A stretch of DNA of 64,000 nucleotides from Malacoraja senta (lineage: Eukaryota), in the NCBI GenBank assembly GCA_038087875.1, contig CM075985.1, forward strand, positions 7,936,001-8,000,000. The letters run 5' to 3'. The translations under genes were made by a program, and so were the position numbers. Shown here one piece after another: positions 57,901 through 64,000 of this stretch; the stretch's first letter is position 1, and each line of letters opens with the position of its first letter. Under the pieces are notes generated by a model. That model did no database searches. It saw only the letters and a list, made by a program, of their open reading frames with translations, and had not been told where the DNA came from.

Positions 57901-59644
57901 TTAAGTCGTCTTCTTATCGAGTCCACACACTTCTCTGGTATCTGCATACAATGGTCTGTCTTGTCGCTTCTTGTGCATGGTGGTGGAAAGATTGGTGGAA
58001 ACAGGGCCGCGACGTGAACGCTCTTTCCTTGACTCCTCTCCATTAAATAAGATCACGCTAATCTGATTGCAAGCTCATTTCTATATCAGTGGCTGCTTTT
58101 CTCTTGTTTATAAAATATCTAACCACTTCTGCCTTAGAAATATTCAAACTTTGCTTCTACACCTTTTCAATAAGAGTTCCAAAGGCTCTCAAATGAAAAT
58201 GCAGTCATCCTGAATTGTAACTTGGTATAGTTGCTATTATGTAGACACAAGGAACTGTTATTAGCTATGCCACATATTCCAATGTGTCCTTGCAGCCAAC
58301 AAATGCCAGTTGCACAACATCAGTGCTTTCATTGTTAAAACATCATTGCTACCACCAACAACCATCTCCACTCTGTGGGCAGAATGATAGGGGGGGAAAT
58401 CAGTTGTGAAGCTTTGAGCCCAGCTAATTTAAAAAATGTAAATTATTTGGGGTATTTTTCCTTGCATTCTCTCCATCGGTGTCACTAAGCCTGCTGCTAA
58501 AATCCCTCCCTGCCCCTTTCAGTGTAATGTACTTCCCTCCAATATCATTTGAAAGGCACAAAGAAAATGAATATTAGTCTTGTGTACATTTAAATGCATC
58601 ATTCATAAATATGTAAGTAATGTGCATCCACTTTTAAGTTTCTGGTTGTTTCGTTCCCACCTGTATAGAGAAGTTTGCATGTTTAAAACTTCCCTGGCAA
58701 AGCCTCATTTATTGTGATCTCAGATTAGCATTGCAAGGTATGGACTTTACTGGCAAATCCTGATTGCCAATCTCAAATTGGCATTGCAGGAAAATAGGCC
58801 TGCTTGTATTGTCATATCCTGTTACATTTCATGCTGAGTGTGTTGTATGCTTTTTGAGTTGAAGTTGGTGATATTCCCTTATGCACCCAAGCCTCTCCCT
58901 ATCAGCACTAACAAATGATCTTTCATTTTGTTACTGACCTGTTTCTGTAAAGTTTACATGGGAAGGCGATAAGGAACAACGAGGAAGGAAAGTGAGATTT
59001 TAAAAATGAGTTTAGATCAGCTTGTACTTGTAGATTGGCAGTTCTGAAACTCCAGTACCCTTATCTTTTTTTCATCTAAATGAGACATGTCTTGTTTCTT
59101 CAGGGTACAATTGGGAAAATCTAGAAAATTGGGTTGGCTTGTTTAATTAATTGATGACAGATTGAGGATCTATTCTAGGAATCATTAATTATTGCTTAAT
59201 TCCTCACATCATTTAAATCAATGGTACAGAAATATTGATAGAATGAACCATTATGTAGAATTGAGTAGAGAGCACTCAAAATGTTTGCTTTCTTGGCATC
59301 CTTGTGAAAGCTGCTACTTTACAGATAGAATTAACAGAAATTGACCAAATTTCAGGAAGTTGTTTTGCTCTGTTCACGAACAAAGGGTTATTTTCTTCTT
59401 TTTTTTAAAGTGAGAATGGCATGAATTGAGCTGTTGGACTCTAGCAGTAATGTAGAGTTGGAAACGATACTCAATCTAATATTTGTTTTTTGTAATGCCT
59501 TTTCTTCTTGCAGTTAGACTTTTGTGGGGAGGAACAACTAAACCTCATGCAGATGCTCAGGAGGATTCCTGGAAAAAGATCCTTGCATATTTAGAAAACC
59601 ATCTTGTCCAGGAACACCCTGCTGTAATCCAGTCCAATCTGTAA
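24441..59644 (+). CDS. Acyl-CoA thioesterase / acyltransferase of the ACOT1-6/BAAT (type I) family; 11 coding exons giving 460 aa, or 438 aa from the ATG at 39587
   Basis: Exons 24441-24498, 39579-39785, 40366-40465, 47356-47546, 50654-50829, 51007-51126, 53057-53139, 53435-53528, 53900-53980, 54073-54214 and 59514-59644 total 1383 nt; all GT-AG, in phase and stop-free. Family motifs: [66 protein letters not shown] (Ser codon 51073-51075), [16 protein letters not shown] (His codon 54142-54144), WGG, AQEDSW; ends SNL*. Exon 1 is less certain than exons 2-11. Confidence 0.93.
25443..26127 (+). mobile_element. 3' fragment of a CR1/L2-group LINE of the invertebrate-like type
   Basis: Uninterrupted [13 protein letters not shown]...[14 protein letters not shown]...[12 protein letters not shown]...[10 protein letters not shown]...[13 protein letters not shown]; short (CCAAGAAA)-like tail. 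Confidence 0.75.
26510..27206 (+). mobile_element. CR1 3' fragment
   Basis: KANGMLAFI...[14 protein letters not shown]; (CTATTGT)n tail. Confidence 0.92.
27207..27990 (+). mobile_element. L1/Tx1-like LINE 3' fragment
   Basis: IILG...[14 protein letters not shown]...PTFKMWI ORF2 C-terminus; pyrimidine-rich 3' UTR and A-rich tail. Confidence 0.75.
28811..29733 (+). mobile_element. RTE-clade LINE 3' part
   Basis: [15 protein letters not shown]...YGADSWTT...[10 protein letters not shown]...[11 protein letters not shown]; (GAT)n tail at 29706-29733. Confidence 0.88.
30494..30521 (+). ncRNA. Minimal type I hammerhead ribozyme motif at the 3' end of a Penelope fragment
   Basis: agt-CTGAAGA-A-GGGT(CTCG)ACCC-GAAAC-GTC-act: intact core, stem II, palindromic ACGT stem III and AGT/ACT stem I; directly follows the end of a PLE ORF (30352-30410). 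Confidence 0.7.
31937..32807 (-). mobile_element. Probable solo LTR inserted in a Rex tail
   Basis: Inverted termini TGTGGAAGAAA...TTTCTTCCACC; near-identical 5-bp flanks GTGAG/GTGAC; host Rex tail resumes at 32808; minus-strand AATAAA near the 3' end (about 31995-32000). Confidence 0.6.
33145..33364. mobile_element. hAT-like MITE
   Basis: TIRs CAAGGGTTCCCAAC / GTTGGGAACCGCTG; internal palindrome GGGGTAAATTTACCCC; GGTTAGT on both sides. Confidence 0.55.
36645..38130 (+). mobile_element. Tc1-family DNA transposon (DD34E), defective, right TIR truncated
   Basis: TA|CAGTGCCCTCC left end with long IR/DR-type TIR; transposase from ATG 37004 in a single frame with stops at 37100-37102 and 37808-37810; [12 protein letters not shown]...NPIE with 34-aa spacing. 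Confidence 0.93.
38131..38880 (-). mobile_element. Degenerate Rex1/Babar fragment (host of the Tc1; continues at 36490-36642)
   Basis: Antisense similarity to 22750-23770. Confidence 0.65.
39579..39785 (+). CDS. ACOT exon 2 (N-terminal beta-sandwich domain)
   Basis: [36 protein letters not shown]...[14 protein letters not shown]; acceptor TTTAG at 39578; non-consensus donor GTTCGT. Confidence 0.9.
40366..40465 (+). CDS. ACOT exon 3
   Basis: (V)[32 protein letters not shown](R); AG/GT flanks; phase 1-2. Confidence 0.93.
40620..42400 (-). mobile_element. Degenerate CR1 fragments
   Basis: [27 protein letters not shown]; 3' UTR near 40620. Confidence 0.75.
42665..43390 (-). mobile_element. GC/CpG-rich non-autonomous retroelement-like repeat with a Rex-type (AAT)n 3' tail
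   Basis: Tail resembles 5440-5500 and 23240-23310; CpG-rich core with no convincing ORF. Confidence 0.5.
43730..46943 (-). mobile_element. Second copy of the same Tc1 family, both TIRs and TA duplication intact, with nested insertions
   Basis: TA|CAGTGCCCTCC at 43728-43740 and GGAGGGCACTG|TA at 46933-46945; transposase fragments at 45885-46600 match the first copy. Confidence 0.92.
44574..45873 (-). mobile_element. 5'-truncated L1/Tx1-like LINE inserted in the Tc1 transposase
   Basis: 8-bp TSD GGCCAATG (44566-44573 and 45874-45881); poly(A); Cys-rich ORF2 C-terminus CWRLCG...HSHIFWNC. Confidence 0.88.
47356..47546 (+). CDS. ACOT exon 4
   Basis: [19 protein letters not shown]...ERFYMAPG...[11 protein letters not shown]; phase 2-1. 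Confidence 0.93.
48585..48612. repeat. (CTTC)n microsatellite
   Basis: Direct reading. Confidence 0.9.
50654..50829 (+). CDS. ACOT exon 5
   Basis: (G)[37 protein letters not shown]...LSYFE; phase 1-0. Confidence 0.95.
51007..51126 (+). CDS. ACOT exon 6 (nucleophile elbow GLSLG)
   Basis: [40 protein letters not shown]; phase 0-0. Confidence 0.95.
51825..52130 (-). mobile_element. HE1-type SINE
   Basis: Antisense match to the central domain of 18620-18920; CR1-like tail. Confidence 0.7.
53057..53139 (+). CDS. ACOT exon 7
   Basis: [27 protein letters not shown]; acceptor CTTTTTCTTCAG, donor GTAAGT; phase 0-2. Confidence 0.88.
53435..53528 (+). CDS. ACOT exon 8
   Basis: (E)[31 protein letters not shown]; phase 2-0. 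Confidence 0.85.
53900..53980 (+). CDS. ACOT exon 9 (catalytic Asp region GEDD)
   Basis: [27 protein letters not shown]; phase 0-0. Confidence 0.93.
54073..54214 (+). CDS. ACOT exon 10 (catalytic His, GHLIEPPY)
   Basis: [37 protein letters not shown]...; phase 0-1. Confidence 0.95.
54975..57478 (+). mobile_element. CR1 LINE (frameshifted) interrupted by a solo LTR
   Basis: [16 protein letters not shown]...[10 protein letters not shown]...[10 protein letters not shown]...; CR1 3' UTR. Confidence 0.92.
56134..56899 (+). mobile_element. Solo LTR (766 bp)
   Basis: TG...CA ends (TGTTAAT...ATTTACA); exact 4-bp TSD CTAC (56130-56133 and 56900-56903); CR1 sequence GAGGTCCTAC|TGCAGTTG restored on removal; CCACGCCC at 56600, TATAAAA at 56639-56645, AATAAA at 56816-56821. 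Confidence 0.9.
57568..57595 (+). ncRNA. Minimal hammerhead ribozyme motif (variant)
   Basis: CTGAAGA-A-GGGT(TTCG)GCCC-GAAAC-GTT; weak stem I. Confidence 0.55.
59514..59644 (+). CDS. ACOT terminal exon ending in PTS1-like SNL
   Basis: (V)[42 protein letters not shown]; candidate AATAAA at 60162-60167. Confidence 0.93.
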
Positions 59645-62600
59645 TTTTCTGCAAAATTACCAATCGTGCCTTTGTTACCTACCTTTTTTAGTACAGTTAA
59701 TTAATACCTGGGGTTGAATGATAATGCTGTGAATGGAAGGGGACGTTTCAAGCCTTTCATCCCTATAATCAAATGTTTTTAAAAAATGAGATAAGGATAA
59801 ATGCATTAAAGATTTATGAATCTATGTTTTTTTTTCCAGAAGGCTGTTGGTATTTGGCCATTGAGAATATTTGTTGCTAACTGTAATGCTATAACACTAT
59901 ATTCTGTACTCTAGTATTTCTCTCTTTGCATTACCTGTTGCACATGTATATGGATTGATTGTCCTCGTGTATAGTATGATTTAACTGTATTGCACACAAA
60001 GTTTTTCACTATTTCTCAAGTACAAATGATAATAATAAACCAATATATTCATGGATCAGGTCAAAATAATTTTGTTTCATTGGATGTTGCTCAGGAAAGT
60101 ACACATTTTTGAGATCATGATGCAAGTGGCAAGCTTGGTAAACCTTATACTAGTTTCAGTGAATAAAGACTACTTGCCTGTAATATTCCGCAGGGCTTGG
60201 TGCCAATGATTTTTTTTTAAAGAGTGATTTAGACTAAAATGTTGAAGCCACAATTATTCTGTAGATAGGAAAAATTGGTTGCATTGGAATATGAGTGAGA
60301 AACCTGCAGTGGAACAGATACTCATGCTCCATATAAAATGGTAAACAATTTATAGCATATCTGCTGTTCTTTCTTAAGTAATATCGTGATATGGTGCTGT
60401 TATACCTATTAAAGTAGGTGATTTGTCTTCCCAAAATGTATGTTTTCTTATGAGAATATCTAATTTATTTAATTATCTCATATACTGTGGAATTATGCAC
60501 TGAATAAATTACTACTCAAAATCATATTCTTAAGTATTGTGGTTGTGCTCTGTTTTATGTGTAGTTATTGTAAAATCACTAACGCCATGGTTTTGAGGTA
60601 TCATTCAAAATAAATTACAAATTTTGTGTGAAAAAGTTGCCACTCTTTCTCATCTTATCTTAAACCCATGCATTTGAGTTCTTGATTCCAATACACTGGG
60701 GAGTTCAAGTGGGCAGAAAGAGTCAGAAGCATCTAGGAGGAAGTTTCAGAAGCATGTCTGAGGAAAGGGATCGTTACAACTCAGTAGGCCATGGTTTTCA
60801 TTTAGATACGAGGTCTTGATCTTAAAGCATTTTTTTTTCCTTGCCAAATTAAAGGCTGTGCTCTCACAACTTTTCCAGTGCCTCATCTGACACGTTTATT
60901 GTTGAAAGGTCGTTTTACAGTAGGCATTTGTTGGGAAGGGATCTTTGTTTTTATGGTTCTTTAGGGTAAAGCCTATTCTCTCACTTTAACTTGGTGATGA
61001 CTTGAAGCTCAGCCTCTGGCTATAAACAAATATGCTATTATAGTATAACAGCAAGCTGGAGCAATGTGGGATCTGCAGTGAATATATTGTGGTTTAAATG
61101 GTTTCCCAAGTGTTGTGTAGATTGACTCCATTGAAGCAAGAGTTAGTGCATCAAGGGCAAGAAACATTAAGATGAGTTCAACCAATACCACAGCTGTGCT
61201 CTGTATTCAAAAGGAATTTCAAGGCCCAACTTACAGGAATGTTGCAGAATGGGCAAGTGACAGATCTATAATGCAATGCTGCCACCTAGTGCTGGCAGAC
61301 TCTATTCTTGGATATAAACCAGTCAATAAATTCAGTTGGAGACACAAACTGCAAATGCTGTATTTCTGAACAAAAATAAAAGTGCTGGAGGAACTCAGTG
61401 GTAAAGTCAGCATCTTTGGACAGAATGGACAAACATTGTTTTGGATCTGGATCCCCCTTCAGTCCATTTATCCATTACTGCCACAGATGCTTGACCCACT
61501 AAGTTCCTCCAGCACTTTGTTTATTGTTCAATAAATTCAGCTTCCCACTACATTCCTCACCTTTGAGAGGAATTTGTTTTTTAGAGGGGAAGTGGTGGCT
61601 AAAGGAGTTGAGGAACATTATAATCCCTGTATTTATTGCACATCTTAATTGGCTTTAAGACAATGGTCATGAGCCAACTTGAGCCCCAGAGGTTTGCAGG
61701 TGTTGGGTTGTTCAGGAATTTTGACCCAACAAAGAGGGAGATTGGTCTATTTCCAAGCCAGAATCACATGAGACTTGTAGAGGAGTTTGGAGAAGATGGC
61801 ACTCCCACCACCCATTGTCCTTGTTCTTCTAGATAGAAGAAATTACATGGTTGGCCAGCCATCAACGACATGCTCTGACCACTGTTTGGTGGGCGGTGTA
61901 GGTGGGGAGATGGTTGAGGTGATAGTGGTGTGTGGAGTAGAGTAAGTGAAGCAATGGGTATTGGTTAGTGGATTCAGAGGGATGAAACTAACTGCAACTC
62001 CGGTGATGGTGGCATTGATGCCTTGAATGTAATTTTAGAAAAAATGCATTTTGAACCTGCTGTGCAAAGCAAGCTTGATCTTTGAAACTGCAGCTCTGAA
62101 TTATGTTTGATACCAGAAACACAGGATGTGAGTGACAAGAATTTATGAGCGGCACTGACCAAATGCCAGCCTTGTTTTATTACGAACTAAAATTAACTGA
62201 AACTATTCCCGTTTCATAAAATGTTTGAAGTTAGCTAAAAATGTTGCTGATATTCCATTCTAAGAAGAACAAACGTAATGTACCTTCTCTAAGAGTACAA
62301 TTAATGCAGTCAGCTCTTTATTTAATGTGTAGGATTTTTTTTCACGACCAAGTTCAAGTTATGCTGTGTATTACACACTGCTAGTAAGGAATATTTAGGA
62401 GAGTTTCAAAATGTTTATTAAACTTGTAATGCAAAAAAGTATTTATGAATTGATAGCAAATTGTGCACCACCCCTTCTCTGCTTTCTCTAAATTCTCTAC
62501 CACTGGTTCAGAGGTACCATAGATGTAGAATAACATTAAAATTCTGATAATATTGGACCCTTGGAGCCAACAGATTTGCTGGACTATTGTTTTCCACTTG

Positions 62601-63544
62601 TATTAACTAATAACCAAACATTTTCATTATCACTTTAAATTTTACACGGTAGTATAATAGATTTTACAGCAAACCAAATGAGTTTATGGGAAGCAGTAAA
62701 TAAACAAGTAGTCAGGACCATGGCTCTGACTACAAACCTGCTTACACTCCTGACATTCTTGTCATTTAGATCCTGTGTTTCTGGTATCTAATGTTATTTA
62801 GGGCTGAAGAATACCATAACACCAGCACCAGCCATATACCCGGCCCAGACCGTAACCCAGCCAAACTGGATCATCAGATCTGGTTGAACAGTCTGCTTGC
62901 ACTCTTGGATTCCCGATTCTATGCAATGCAAATAACGTTCCCTAATTCATCACTTGCATTAATGTCCAATTCATATTATGGAAACATGCATTATAGCAGA
63001 GCCACCTGTACTCTCACTTTGATTTCAGCCCAGGTCCCTTGGCTCTGGCTGGGCTAAGGAACAGAGCATAGGATCAGGCCATGCTGCCAACAATGCCTGT
63101 ATCAAACATAATATCAAGCTAAACTAAACTCATTTGCCTGTAGATGACCCCTAACCTGGGACCGTTGTGGGAAATTTTGAAATAGTTCAACGGAATAAAC
63201 AAAACCACAGAAAAATACATTGTACTAGTTAATGCTATGATACACATCTTCCACAGAGACTGGCAGCTCCACTTGGGTTAAAGTTGGAAACCAGCACCAA
63301 CACAAAAATCTCCACTGTCTGTACAGCTAATAATCATTCCCAATTATTGCTAGAGCAGATATTTCTGCAGTTTTTCAAGTGCACACATTTATTCATTAGA
63401 ACTGAGAGAAGATTGCAAAGAAGGATAAATTCAAGATAATCTCATTATTTAATTGATTTTTATATATTCTATTATTTTGAACATTGAACAGGAACAGGCC
63501 CTACAGCGCACAGAGTCTATGTCATTTACATCCTGGTTGAGATT

Positions 63545-64000
63545 TACATACCAGGTTGAGATTTTTGATTGGAGAAAGGCTAACTTTGAGGAGATGCGAA
63601 AGGATTTAAAAGGAGTGAATTGGGACATGTTGTTTTATGGGAAGGATGTAGAAGAAAAATGGAGGACATTTAAGGGTGAAATTTTCAGAGTACAGAATCT
63701 TTATGTCCCTGTTCGGTTGAAAGGAAATAGTAAAATTTGGAAAGAGCCAAGGTTTTCAAGGGAAATTGGAAACTTGGTTCGGAAAAAGAGAGAGATCTAC
63801 AATAATTATAGGCAGCATGGAGTAAATGAGGTGTTTGAGGAGTATAAAGAATGTAAAAAGAATATTAAGAAATAAATTAGAAAAGCTAAAAGAAGATATG
63901 AGGTTGCTTTGGCAAGTAAGGTGAAAGTAAATCCAAAGGGTTTCTACAGCTATATTAATAGCAAAAGGATAACAAGGAATAAAATTGGTCCATTAGAGAG
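63545..64000 (+). mobile_element. CR1 ORF2 segment (endonuclease-RT linker), runs out of the window
   Basis: DWRKANFEEMRKDL..VNW...KWRTFKGEI...YVPVR...NPKGFYSYI. Confidence 0.88.

Noticed and set aside
62790-63030. Faint PLAC8/cornifelin-like (plus strand) or TM-like (minus strand) translations
   Set aside because: Multiple stops, missing the family's Cys pattern, and the segment abuts an old repeat.
1-64000. CRISPR arrays, rRNA, tRNA or prokaryotic operons
   Set aside because: None seen; the DNA is intron-containing vertebrate sequence, and the only tRNA-like boxes belong to SINEs.

Overview
Vertebrate genomic DNA, inferred to be from a cartilaginous fish and probably a skate or ray (HE1-type SINEs, HER1/CR1 LINEs, Rex1/Babar, Penelope and Tc1 relics). 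Much of the window is decayed transposable elements, and almost every long ORF in the supplied track is TE-derived. Manual splice-aware reading finds two multi-exon genes that the ORF track mostly misses. (1) Minus strand, 3998-16353: an apparently intact, non-rearranging antigen-receptor-like gene with leader, V(J) domain, C1 domain, TM and a cytoplasmic tail carrying an ITIM and an ITSM (7 exons, 350 aa, all splice phases compatible). Its V domain has CD28/CTLA-4-like hallmarks. It also carries a duplicated 19-nt micro-exon that could delete both tyrosine motifs, and a possible Ig pseudo-exon lies upstream. This is the best candidate for a little-described system. (2) Plus strand, 24441/39587-59644: an ACOT1-6/BAAT-family acyl-CoA thioesterase with 10-11 coding exons, an intact Ser-Asp-His triad and a PTS1-like SNL end, apparently driven from a CpG island with CLEAR/E-box, NRF1 and ZNF143-type motifs. 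The window also has many Penelope-derived minimal hammerhead ribozyme motifs, two solo LTRs, nested Tc1/L1/Rex stacks and CpG-rich promoter-like sequence at the left edge. All family assignments come from motif recognition by eye; no database searches were run.
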